A DNA stretch of 64,000 nucleotides from Coriobacteriales bacterium. Its GTDB lineage: Bacteria; Actinomycetota; Coriobacteriia; Coriobacteriales; Atopobiaceae. Under the pieces are notes generated by a model, which was not told the origin of the DNA, searched no databases, and worked only from the letters and a program-made list of their open reading frames with translations. The stretch spans positions 6,186 to 70,185 of the forward strand of contig JAUMWN010000002.1 in NCBI GenBank assembly GCA_030529625.1, read 5' to 3'. Shown piece by piece: positions 38,053 to 46,759 of the stretch (position 1 is the first letter of the stretch; the number at the start of each line of letters is the position of its first letter). The translations under genes were made by a program, and so were the position numbers.

Positions 38053-38097
38053 GGGACTCGGGGGACATGCCTCAAAGAGGTGTGTCCCCCGAGTCCC
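38053..38097. terminator. REP-variant hairpin directly downstream of ChW surface protein 1
   Basis: GGGACTCGGGGGACATGCCTCAAAGAGGTGTGTCCCCCGAGTCCC. The same variant follows the paralog at 40570-40605. Confidence 0.6.
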
Positions 38098-38146
38098 GTT
38101 TGACCGTGACACTCTGGGGATACTCCCAAGAGTCTGGTCAGTGCCT

Positions 38147-39676
38147 CTACAGTTTGGCGTATTCCTGGAGGTACCTCTGGGTGACGCCGTTGTAGGTTTT
38201 GCCGGGAGCGTCCGAGCCCTTCGGGACAATCACGACCTGAATCGCCTCGGCGCGGCGGCTCATGCCCGTGGTGCCAGCGGGCTGACCGTTCTCCGCCCAG
38301 CCCATCCAGCCTAAGCGCTGGGAGTGCACGCGGTAGCGTATGTCGAAAATGTCCGCCGCCTCCCCGGTGAGGCGGATCTCAAAGGCCTCCGCGCGAAGCG
38401 ATTGGCCAGTGGTGCCGGACACCTGGCCGTCGGACTTCCAGGTCTTCTCCCAACCAGACTTCTGCAAGTGGCAGCGGTACTCTATGCCGCCCGAAATGCT
38501 GTTGGGAAGCTTGAGCGTGAGCGCCTCGAGCCGGCGCGACTTGCCAACGGTGCCAGCGCCGCCGTCGTCTGCCACGGAATCCATCCAGCCCGCGCGCTGC
38601 ACATGCGCGGTGACGGTGGGTGCCGTCACGGGCGGCGGCGTAACGGACACCACGCATTTACCGGACTTGCCGCTGCCGTCATTCGCCGTAGCGGTAATGT
38701 ACGCCCTGCCGACGGCCACGGCGGTGACCTTGCCGTTGGCGTCGACCTTGGCGACGTCATCGTCGTCGCTCTTCCACGTGACGGTCTTGTCGGCTGCGTC
38801 GTCAGGCGTGACGATCGCCTTCAGCTCCTTCGAATCGCCTACGGCGATGGACACCGTCGCCGGATCGACCGTTACGCCCGTGACCGCAACGATGGCGGTG
38901 GTCTGTACCCACTTCGACTTGTCCCAGCTCTCGTAGGCTTTGCCGGTAACGTCTACATCGTTCTTCTCGTCTGCACCGGCCTTGACGTTGATACCTGCAC
39001 CGATCGTCACGTTGCCGCCGGGAGCACTGATGCCGCCAGAGTTTTCTTTCCCATTGGCGATGGCAGTGACGGTGCCGCCGTTGATTGTTATGTTTTGGGC
39101 CCTAATGCCGCCACCCATGCCAGTGGCGATCAAACTACCGCTGCCGGTAATGATGATGCTGTTGCTGCCTTCCGAAGGGTCATAATCAATACGGCCAGCA
39201 ATGCCAAATACTGTGGCTTTGATGCTGTTGCTGCCCTTAAGTTCGATGGTCAGGTCTCCACCGCCCGAGTACTGGATTCCACGATCACACTCTGGAGAGA
39301 GCTGTGTACCGTCGAAGGTGTAGCCATTGAGCGTCAAAGTGCCACCGCCACCCGCAGCGGGCGTGAAGCTCACCTTGCCGTCGCCAAAGACGTTGCCAGC
39401 GTTATCGCTCGTTACCTGCGTGCCGCCGACCCTAAGGCCATAGTCCTTCACCTCACCCACTAGGCCATCCTGCACCGTCACCACTGGCTCCTCAGCGATG
39501 ACGTCCTCGCCCTGCACGACGGCCACCGGCTCCACGGCGCCCTCCGGTTCGACCTCGACCTCGCCGGCCAGGGCGATAGCCGGGCACAGCCCCAGCACCA
39601 TCACGAGTGCCGCGAACAGGCTCAGCACGAACCTGCGGAGCGACCTCCCCTCGAACGACTGCTCCGCACTTCTCAT
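38147..39676 (-). CDS. Secreted surface protein: beta-helix-like region, Big_2 domain, three ChW (clostridial hydrophobic W) repeats
   Basis: Signal peptide MRSAEQSFEGRSLRRFVLSLFAALVMVLGLCPAIALA. Big_2 includes VTGVTVDPATVSIAVGDSKELKAIV. ChW repeats include HVQRAGWM...GTVGKSRRLEAL and HSQRLGWMGW...GTTGMSRRAEAIQV. Confidence 0.85.
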   Translation of the reverse strand: MRSAEQSFEGRSLRRFVLSLFAALVMVLGLCPAIALAGEVEVEPEGAVEPVAVVQGEDVIAEEPVVTVQDGLVGEVKDYGLRVGGTQVTSDNAGNVFGDGKVSFTPAAGGGGTLTLNGYTFDGTQLSPECDRGIQYSGGGDLTIELKGSNSIKATVFGIAGRIDYDPSEGSNSIIITGSGSLIATGMGGGIRAQNITINGGTVTAIANGKENSGGISAPGGNVTIGAGINVKAGADEKNDVDVTGKAYESWDKSKWVQTTAIVAVTGVTVDPATVSIAVGDSKELKAIVTPDDAADKTVTWKSDDDDVAKVDANGKVTAVAVGRAYITATANDGSGKSGKCVVSVTPPPVTAPTVTAHVQRAGWMDSVADDGGAGTVGKSRRLEALTLKLPNSISGGIEYRCHLQKSGWEKTWKSDGQVSGTTGQSLRAEAFEIRLTGEAADIFDIRYRVHSQRLGWMGWAENGQPAGTTGMSRRAEAIQVVIVPKGSDAPGKTYNGVTQRYLQEYAKL

Positions 39677-39814
39677 GAGTCGCTCCCTTCTCGCGGGTCT
39701 GCCCGTAGATGAATAGACGCTTAAGACTCTACCATTCCTTAGCTGTAGCACGGCATGGTAATAGCCCAGGTGAAACCTAGGGGATACTCTCCCAGTTCCG
39801 TCTGGCCGTGACTG

Positions 39815-39917
39815 ATGTCCAAAAGGGAAGAGGCACTTTTGGGACACTGGGTAGGGCCATGCCATACCGCAAAGGTTGCTGGATGTGTTCCAAAGGTGCC
39901 TCTTCCCTTTTGGACAT
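39815..39917. repeat. Palindromic element, family GTCC-N4-GGGAAGAGG (22-bp perfect arms)
   Basis: ATGTCCAAAAGGGAAGAGGCAC (39815-39836) pairs with GTGCCTCTTCCCTTTTGGACAT (39896-39917). Confidence 0.75.
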
Positions 39918-39958
39918 TCCCGCGAGTGCTCTAGACATCGATGGTTTTCTCAGATACC

Positions 39959-40120
39959 CGTTCACTCGCGTAATTGGGGTCAGTGTTTGAATTCCGAGGC
40001 TCTTTTCTCCGTATGGCGAAAACGAGACCCGCAAAACCGCAGGTCAGGAGCCCGACAATGCGGCCCCGTATATACGGAGCCCGGAATTCCATACACTCAT
40101 CCCCATCTCACGAGTGAACG
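39959..40120. repeat. About 160-bp imperfect long inverted repeat (MITE-like or structured RNA)
   Basis: CGTTCACTCG...GAATTCCGAGGCTC...CTCCGTAT on the left matches ATACGGAGCCCGGAATTCC...CGAGTGAACG on the right. The arms are about 75% complementary over about 55 nt. Confidence 0.5.
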
Positions 40121-40257
40121 GCACCTCCAGAAAACCGCCCGGACCACCACACGTGGGCATCCGCAGCTAAGAGCTCCCCAAACTGTACAGATAAGACCGG
40201 CCTTATCTGCAGCCCTCCTGCAAAGCCGCAGGTCACAGGTCTGTTTGTAAAGAATCC

Positions 40258-40305
40258 GCAGTTAGGGGTGCCCTTACCTGTACAGGTAAGGGCACCCCTA
40301 ACTGC
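40258..40305. repeat. Perfect 48-bp palindrome
   Basis: GCAGTTAGGGGTGCCCTTACCTGTACAGGTAAGGGCACCCCTAACTGC. Confidence 0.85.
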
Positions 40306-40529
40306 AAGCTCATCCCTTTGTCCCGTCAGCTGAAGAGTCTGCCGAAAACTTCCGTGGTGGGCCGCCGGGCGCGGGGGGGGTTGTGGCGCGCGGGAGGGGG
40401 GTGTTGATTCTCCGCGAAGATATGCTGAGAACTGCACTGGTGCATAGATTATCTGCGCACCGCTGCAGTTTTCGGCAAACGTCGACGCCGGACCTGTGCA
40501 TCACTGCAGATTCCAGCGGATCCCGAGTT

Positions 40530-40605
40530 GGGAAAAGGGGTCTGGCCCCTTTTCCCAGGTGAGAGGACACGGGGGACATACCTCGAAGAGGTGTGTCCCC
40601 CGAGT
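40530..40605. terminator. Two hairpins downstream of ChW surface protein 2
   Basis: GGGAAAAGGGGTCTGGCCCCTTTTCCC at 40530-40556 and CGGGGGACATACCTCGAAGAGGTGTGTCCCCCG at 40570-40605. Confidence 0.55.
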
Positions 40606-40616
40606 ACGGCTTGGCG

Positions 40617-42187
40617 TTAGCGCGTGGCCCACTTCTTGACGAAGGCCTTGGCGTACTGCTGCGTGACGCCCTTGTACGTGGCGTCTGGCGCCGGCGCGTC
40701 CTTCTTCACGAGCACGACCTGGATCGCCTCTGCGCGGCGGCTCATGCCCTGCGTGCCTGCCTCCTCGCCGTTCTTGGCCCAGGCCATCCAGCCGATGCGC
40801 TGCACGTGGACGCGGTAGTAGACGTCGTAGGCGTCCTTTGCCTCGCCGGTAAGCTGGATCTGCACGGCCTCAACGCGGCGGGACTTGCCCGTGGTGCCCG
40901 CGGCGGTGCCGTCGATGACGGGGTCCATCCAGCCGATGCGCTGCACGTGGGCGGTGACGGAGGCGTCGGGGACGACCACCGGCTCTTCCTTCTTCTCTTC
41001 CTGCTTCTTGAAGTTGGCCGTGGCGGTGACGTCGGCGGCGCCCATGGTGAGCGTGGTCGTGGCGTTGTCGAGCTTGGCGCCGTCGCCCTCAAGGGTCCAG
41101 TTGACGAACTCGTACCCGTCGGTCGCCGTGGCGGTGAGGGTCACGATCGCGCCCTCCTCGGCCTTCTCCGCGCTCGCCTCAACCTTGCCGCCCTCGGCCG
41201 GGTCGGCTTTCACGGAGACGGCATACGTGGACACCGGGAACTGAACCTTCTTGTATTCCAGCGTCTGACCCTCATCGTTGACGGCGATGGAATTTCCGGC
41301 ACCCGTTCCCGCCGCGTCCGACCAGCCCAGGCCAGCGACGGCGTTCGTCACCTTCGTGTTCTTATCAAAGGCTCTGGTGCCACCCGACGCGATGAATTTG
41401 GTGACGTCCTTTCCCACAACCACGCCGTTTATGGCGGAGATGCCGTTTTTGCCACCCGTGGCAGTCACCTTGCCGCCGGTGATTGCAACCGTGCCATATG
41501 ATACGATGCCTTTTTCGTTACCTTCGGCGGTCACCTCGGCGTTGCTAATGGTGATGTTGGAGTTAGCTCTAATGCCTATCGAGTATTGCGAACCTTTGGA
41601 GATGGCGGTAACCGTGGCGTTGTCTTTGATGGTGACCTCAGACAAGTAGCTGTAGACGCCGTCGAAGCCACCCTCTGCGGTAAGGGTACCGTCGCCGCTT
41701 ATGACGATGCCTTTCTCATACGAATAAACGCCTTCATCTTTGGCCCTGACGCTGTTGTCGCCGACGAGCACGATGGTCAGATCCTTTTCTTTGCCCGTGT
41801 AGTCGATTGCCTTATCGGTATTCGAAGTATCGTCGAAGGTGTAGTTGGTCAGCGTCACGGTATTGCTGTCCGGGTCGTAGCTGGCGGTGCCAGTTTTCGT
41901 TGCGCCTGCTGCTGCCGGGATGTCTGTCTTGTTGGTAACCGACACCTGCGTGCCGCCAACCCAGAGGGGATAAAAATCCGCCTGCACCGAAACCTCGGGC
42001 TCCTTCTCGCCGACGCTCTCGATCTGTACGACGGCCACCGGCTCCACGGTGCCCTCGGGCTCGACCTCGACCTCGCCGGCAAGGGCGACCGCCGGGCACA
42101 GGCCCAGCACCAACACCAAGGCCGCGACCAGGCTCAACGTGAGCTTACGGAAACCCCCCCCCCGAACGTATGTTTTGCGCTTCCCAT
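40617..42187 (-). pseudogene. ChW-repeat surface protein paralog, frameshifted at a G10 tract (phase-OFF state or assembly error)
   Basis: The ATG at 42187 has the same leader and RBS as the paralog, but is out of frame by 1 nt with the long ORF after the homopolymer. The body has a beta-helix-like region, a GGKVEASAEKAEEGAIVTLTATATDGYEFVNW B-repeat-like domain and ChW repeats HVQRIGWM. Confidence 0.75.
42154..42163 (-). repeat. Homopolymer: G10 on the coding strand (C10 on the + strand)
   Basis: Counted directly: aaaCCCCCCCCCCgaacg. Confidence 0.95.
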
Positions 42188-42338
42188 GAGCCGCTCCCTT
42201 CTCGCGGGACGTCACGCCCGCATTGGAGTGAATATAGACAGTGGAAACACAACCATTTCCCACGGCTCCTGACGCTGCGGGGGCGCAGTGAGACGGGTGA
42301 GCGGTGGGAGCTGGGTAGACGTAGACTCCCTCTGCAAG

Positions 42339-42700
42339 CTCCTCGCCAATCACCCTGCCGTGACGAAGGCAACTGTGTACCCGCGCATCGGCTCGGTCGT
42401 TGTGTGTTACGACAGCCTGGACGCGAGCGCTACGCGGAGGTGGAGTACGTGGTCGCGCACGGCCTTGCGTCGTCTCTGGAGGGCATGCGTGTGGTGCTGG
42501 GGTTTGCGCACGTGGTACTGCTCACGGGCGGCAACCAGCAGTCGGCGGGACGCATCGCGCGCGAGGTGGCCGACGTGACGCTCACCGAGTCCGACCTGTT
42601 CTCGCTCATTCGCCCGCGCAAGCTGAGCATGAGGCTGATGGACCGGCTGGACGCAAGCTATCGCGCCATCATGCTGTGGAACTCGGCTGCCCGCGTGAGG
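42339..42700 (+). pseudogene. Heavily deleted remnant of a heavy-metal P-type ATPase
   Basis: An HMA-like piece, LLANHPAVTKATVYPRIGSVVVCYD, shifts frame into YAEVEYVVAHGLAS. It then joins directly to VVLLTGGNQQSAGRIAREV-ADVTLTESDLFSLIRPRKLSMRL, which is P-domain fragments fused together. Confidence 0.5.
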
Positions 42701-42950
42701 CGGGGCGGTTTTAGTTGCCGCAGAATCACATTTTGGGCGCCTCGGGGTTGGGCTGCGGGATGGCCGGCCTTCTCACCTGCGCTTTTGTTGCGGCACGGCA
42801 TGGCGCGCAGAACGGTTTTAGTTGCCTGCTAGTTATCATGTGGGACGTTGGGCTCTAGCCAACGGCCACGTGGAGGTACGTCGATGAGCAAGAGTATGCG
42901 CGAGTACGGCGCGACGACATAGGCATCGTCGGGAATGGGCTACGCGCTTC

Positions 42951-44171
42951 CTACGGGCGTATTCTGCGAACTTCTCCGCTGCTTTTTGCCCTCAGGGGAA
43001 CAGATGCGCGTAGCATCTTGGCGAGCTCGGTATGGTGGACAACCGGCAAAGCGGCGAGCTCTTTGGCCTGTTCTCGAACAAAAGCATCCAAGCAGGCAAC
43101 CCTGCGTCTTCCTGCCAACACGTTTCCCACGATTCCACGTGACGCAACGCGCTCGAGCATCTCCTGCTGGACCTCCCCCTTAATGCGCCCAGCCAGTTCC
43201 AGGAAGCTGGTCCCTCCAAAGGCAGGCGCCCTAAGACTGGCCTCAAGCATAAACTGTTTCTCATCATCATCGGCGACGTTGGGAAAGAGACTCCTACCAT
43301 TATCGAAGATAGGCGCCAAGCCAATCGCCTTCCCAGTAGCATTATCTCGAAGCACCCCAAAGTTCGTGAGGTGCCTGTCGGTGTTGCAAACGAGTGCGTC
43401 GAAGACAAGCATGCTGCACACGTCTTCTAAACACGCAGCCCCCATCTCGACACACCAACGCAGCACACCCGCAAGACCCGTCTCGCCCGTTGCCACGGCA
43501 AAAGGCACATACGAGACCTGCTTGGATGCAAAGTTCTCGCATGTCGAGCAAGTCTCGCCATCCCATGATTCAATGCTGTAGGCAACGGCGTCAAGACCAG
43601 CATCGCGCGCAATCAATGAGGCAAGGTACTCTGACACGGGCTCGCCAGGCACAAAGCCATCCGTCGAGCCCTTATAGAGTGTTCTCACGTCGTTAACGAT
43701 TCGCCAGCCCTTTCGCAGGGTGCCGTCAGTCGTGAGCTCCGGCGTATTGCCATGCAAGTCGGCTACGCTCGGCTCCCTTGCGACTGCCAGCGCACCAATG
43801 GCCTCGCTAAAGGGGTTGTCGTACAGGTTGAAGTCGTCGAAGCGCCCCGTAAAGCCTCTGGGCACGACCCAATAGGAGTCGTTGAGCGAGAGACCCATGC
43901 TTGTTCGGTACAACGCCTCACGGTCCCCAAGCTCAAACCCCAAGCTCCTGCAAATCTGCGTGGCGTTCTTCCTGTTGGTGGGAATAGAGCGCGTCTCGAG
44001 CCAAGTCCAGACTCCGTCCGCATCGAGCGAGATGCCGCAAGGCATAAGGTCCCATGCATCGTCATCAAAGTCGACCACGGTTACCTCTGGGCCAAAGGGC
44101 GTGTCGTCGATTGAGAACTCAACGAGACATCTGTCGAAGAGCCTCAGCTCGTAGTATCGCCTGCCTGCCAT
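42951..44171 (-). CDS. hipA: HipA-family serine/threonine kinase toxin
   Basis: MAGRRYYELRLFDRC start. The catalytic loop is VCNTDRHLTNFGVL. The ATG lies 2 nt after the hipB-like stop. Confidence 0.85.
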   Translation of the reverse strand: MAGRRYYELRLFDRCLVEFSIDDTPFGPEVTVVDFDDDAWDLMPCGISLDADGVWTWLETRSIPTNRKNATQICRSLGFELGDREALYRTSMGLSLNDSYWVVPRGFTGRFDDFNLYDNPFSEAIGALAVAREPSVADLHGNTPELTTDGTLRKGWRIVNDVRTLYKGSTDGFVPGEPVSEYLASLIARDAGLDAVAYSIESWDGETCSTCENFASKQVSYVPFAVATGETGLAGVLRWCVEMGAACLEDVCSMLVFDALVCNTDRHLTNFGVLRDNATGKAIGLAPIFDNGRSLFPNVADDDEKQFMLEASLRAPAFGGTSFLELAGRIKGEVQQEMLERVASRGIVGNVLAGRRRVACLDAFVREQAKELAALPVVHHTELAKMLRASVPLRAKSSGEVRRIRP

Positions 44172-44173
44172 GA

Positions 44174-44395
44174 CTAACCATGCTCCCGAATCACGAGGCC
44201 CATCCCAAGATAGCTGGCGTAGCGCAGTATCTTTCCGTAGGCGACCGTGTCGCGTCCGTTCTCTATCTCCGAGACGAGCCGATGCGAAAAGCCGAGGTCT
44301 GCCGCGGCCTTTGATTGAAGAATGCCCAAGTGCTTCCTGCGGTCGCGCAGGGCGTGCCCCAAGTCGGTTCCTTCCCATATGGGCGTTTCCGTCAT
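44174..44395 (-). CDS. hipB: XRE-family HTH antitoxin (HipB-like)
   Basis: LGHALRDRRKHLGILQSKAAADLGFSHRLVSEIENG. Confidence 0.8.
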   Translation of the reverse strand: MTETPIWEGTDLGHALRDRRKHLGILQSKAAADLGFSHRLVSEIENGRDTVAYGKILRYASYLGMGLVIREHG

Positions 44396-44410
44396 CGCGG
44401 CTCCTCTTGG

Positions 44411-44483
44411 ATGTACGTTTGCGTACATTATGAACAGAATTTACGTATACGTGAAGTATAGGATAACTTTACGCATGTGTAAA
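44411..44483. promoter_or_regulatory. AT-rich hipBA upstream region with three TACG/CGTA palindromes
   Basis: ATGTACG-TTTG-CGTACAT at 44411-44428, ACGTATACGT at 44443-44452 and TTTAC-GCATGT-GTAAA at 44468-44483. Confidence 0.45.
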
Positions 44484-44582
44484 CTGAGACGTGCGATGGT
44501 AGTGTTTGGGGACGCATGCGGGGCAAAAGCCGCCGTCATGTGTCCCCAAACGCTACCAACGCCAACCGCGCGACCGTCTTGC

Positions 44583-45437
44583 TCAGCACATGAACGCGGG
44601 CATCACGTCCTCGGTCCCGCGCTCGTTGCACAGGCGCGCGGCCTCTGCAATCTGCTCCAGGGCAATGGCCACGCCGTCGTCTGCGGAGGCACCAATATGC
44701 CAGCGAGCCGCAGCCTTGGCGTTGTCGTTGGCGTTGGCAACGGCGCACGAGTTGGTCACGTACGAGAGCATCGTGAGGTCGTTGTCCGCGTCGCCAAACA
44801 CGCACACCTCGTCGGGCGTGAGGTTGAGCGTGCGCATGAGCTGCTTTACGCCCTCCACCTTTGTCCAACCCTTGATGGAAACGTCCAGCCAACGATCGAC
44901 GGTGTTGGGAAAGTCGAGCTCCGGGCAGACCTCGGCAAGCTCCGCCTGCAGCTCCTCGAGCTCAGCCTGGCTTCCCATGCAAATGACCCCGGCCTTTCCC
45001 ACAGGATACACAGGCAGCCGCTCGTGCCACATCCCGCCCGCGAGAAAGGCGCGATTGTACATCGAGCCCAGCTCCTCGCGCGAGACGCCCACCCAATCGC
45101 CAAGGCCATCCGAGCGATACGTCACGAACGCGCAGCCGGGACGTTCGGCCACCATACGCTCGGCCTTGCGCAAGGGTTTCTCATCAAGGCTCCGCTCAAA
45201 GACCAGCGACCGCAGGTAGTAGACCTTTTGGCCGTTGACCGCGACGGCCGTGTTGTAGCAGCTGCGGTCTCCGCCAAAGAAGCTCGCGAGCTCGGCGCGG
45301 TCTCGGCCGGTCGTGGGGCCAAAGTCCACGCCCTGCTCCTGGCAGGCGTGAATGGCGTCGATGGTGCGTTGCGAGACGCGCTCCCGGCCAAACGGGATGA
45401 GCGTGTTGTCCATATCGGAGAGCGCAAGCTTAATCAT
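44583..45437 (-). CDS. Cof-type HAD-IIB phosphatase
   Basis: MIKLALSDMDNTLI...GDADNDLTML. Confidence 0.85.
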   Translation of the reverse strand: MIKLALSDMDNTLIPFGRERVSQRTIDAIHACQEQGVDFGPTTGRDRAELASFFGGDRSCYNTAVAVNGQKVYYLRSLVFERSLDEKPLRKAERMVAERPGCAFVTYRSDGLGDWVGVSREELGSMYNRAFLAGGMWHERLPVYPVGKAGVICMGSQAELEELQAELAEVCPELDFPNTVDRWLDVSIKGWTKVEGVKQLMRTLNLTPDEVCVFGDADNDLTMLSYVTNSCAVANANDNAKAAARWHIGASADDGVAIALEQIAEAARLCNERGTEDVMPAFMC

Positions 45438-45675
45438 GAGTAGATCCTTTCTGTCAGCCGCACGAGGGGCGGTCAATCGGCGCGTTGCGAATGCGATGGT
45501 TTCCATGGTACAGGACCTTGCTGCAAACGGCATGCATGAAGAGGTAGCGCGAAGCAGAACTCTTCACGGGCAGACCAGATTCGTGCTGGCGTCGGTAGGA
45601 TTGCCGAAGCTTGCGGTCCTCTGGGTCTCGAATGTGTTAGCATAAGCTAACTGCTTGAGACGATCGAGGAGCCCC

Positions 45676-46275
45676 ATGTTGCTCTCAGCCAAGAAGTTCG
45701 ACCCGCTCATCGCTGCCCTGTGCGACCGCTTTGGCACAGACGATGCGGCCAGGATCTGGGTGGACGCAGAGCAGCGGCTCGAAGGACTGATTGCCACCAC
45801 GGCCGACCTGAGCGACGGGGAGCGCATGCATGCCGAGGGGTTTATCTATCCCATGTGCGCGCTGTTCCTAGCCATCGCGAATCGCTGCGGACGCGAGGAG
45901 GCGAAGCAAATCTGTGCCAACTTCATGCGCCAGACGGCGCTGGCCAAAGGCGAGGCGCTGCAAAAGCTGCTGCGGGCGCCTGGCATGCGGAGCGTCTTTA
46001 TGAAGCTCTTTGGCATCATGGGTCGCCGCCTCTTTGGCGAGAAGGCCGGCTTTGAGCAGCACATACACGAATGCACCACCAGACGCCTGCGCATGGACAT
46101 CCTTGCCTGCCCGTATCTGCGCCACTGCACCGCCGCCGGTGCGCCAGAGATTGCTCCGCTGTTTTGCGCCAACGACGAGTACGCGTACGGCAACCTCCCC
46201 GGCATAACGTTCCAGCGCAGCGGCACGCTCGCGAATGGCGCCGAACGCTGCGACTTCCTGCTGACGAGAGCATAG
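45676..46275 (+). CDS. L-2-amino-thiazoline-4-carboxylic acid hydrolase family protein
   Basis: C-terminal CPYLRHCTAAGAPEIAPLFCANDEYAYGNLPGITFQRSGTLANGAERCDF. The ATG follows GAGGAG. Confidence 0.65.
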   Translation: MLLSAKKFDPLIAALCDRFGTDDAARIWVDAEQRLEGLIATTADLSDGERMHAEGFIYPMCALFLAIANRCGREEAKQICANFMRQTALAKGEALQKLLRAPGMRSVFMKLFGIMGRRLFGEKAGFEQHIHECTTRRLRMDILACPYLRHCTAAGAPEIAPLFCANDEYAYGNLPGITFQRSGTLANGAERCDFLLTRA

Positions 46276-46410
46276 GCCAGATGCCAAGGTTTTCCAATAC
46301 CTGAGACCATGTCCACTACGCGGCATGTCCCGCTCGCGTTGAGAAGTGTATTTTTGGCAGGAGCTTAGGTCGCTAGTCCTCAAGTGCTTGAATACGGGCG
46401 GACGCTTTTT

Positions 46411-46587
46411 GTTGGGATCGCGAGTCGTGCCACGGAAGGCAGGCTGCTTCTGCCGGGATTGCGAGTCGTGCCACGAAATCTGTTGAAATCGAGAGTGGTG
46501 CCTGTCACGACTCGCGTTCTCGGCAGATTTAGTGGCACGACTTGCAATCCCGGCAGATTCTTTAGCACCACTCGCATTCTCGGCAGA
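46411..46587. repeat. Composite MITE-like element built from direct and inverted GCGAGTCGTGCCAC units
   Basis: GGGATTGCGAGTCGTGCCAC...GTGGCACGACTTGCAATCCC. A second, shorter copy lies at 53848-53996. Confidence 0.75.
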
Positions 46588-46759
46588 TGCCCGCCCAGCG
46601 ATGGGCGGATGGTTCAAAATACCGATCCTCTCAACACGAATCGGTGAAAACAACTTCCAGCCCTGCCAATGTGGACGCATCGCTTGCGCCCATGCCTTAC
46701 CTCAAGTACAAAGATTCCCAACCGATGGCACGCAGAGGCTCGCCAGCTTGGCGGCGTGG

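Noticed and set aside
40373-40380. G8 run as a second phase-variation switch
   Set aside because: It lies in non-coding DNA about 700 nt from the nearest start codon and not between -35 and -10 elements that I can identify. There is no evidence that it controls expression.
42188-42353. Upstream in-frame extension of ChW protein 2 (start at 42353, MIGEELAEG...)
   Set aside because: It would bury the signal peptide 55 residues inside the protein. It also covers the conserved promoter, leader and RBS sequence shared with the paralog. The ATG at 42187 is the homologous start.
42706-42826. Direct repeat CGGTTTTAGTTGCC at 42706 and 42813, considered as a possible CRISPR array. The REP clusters were considered for the same reason.
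   Set aside because: There are only two 14-bp copies and no regular repeat-spacer periodicity. No cas genes are in the window. The REP units are palindromic and lack unique spacers. No CRISPR array is supported.
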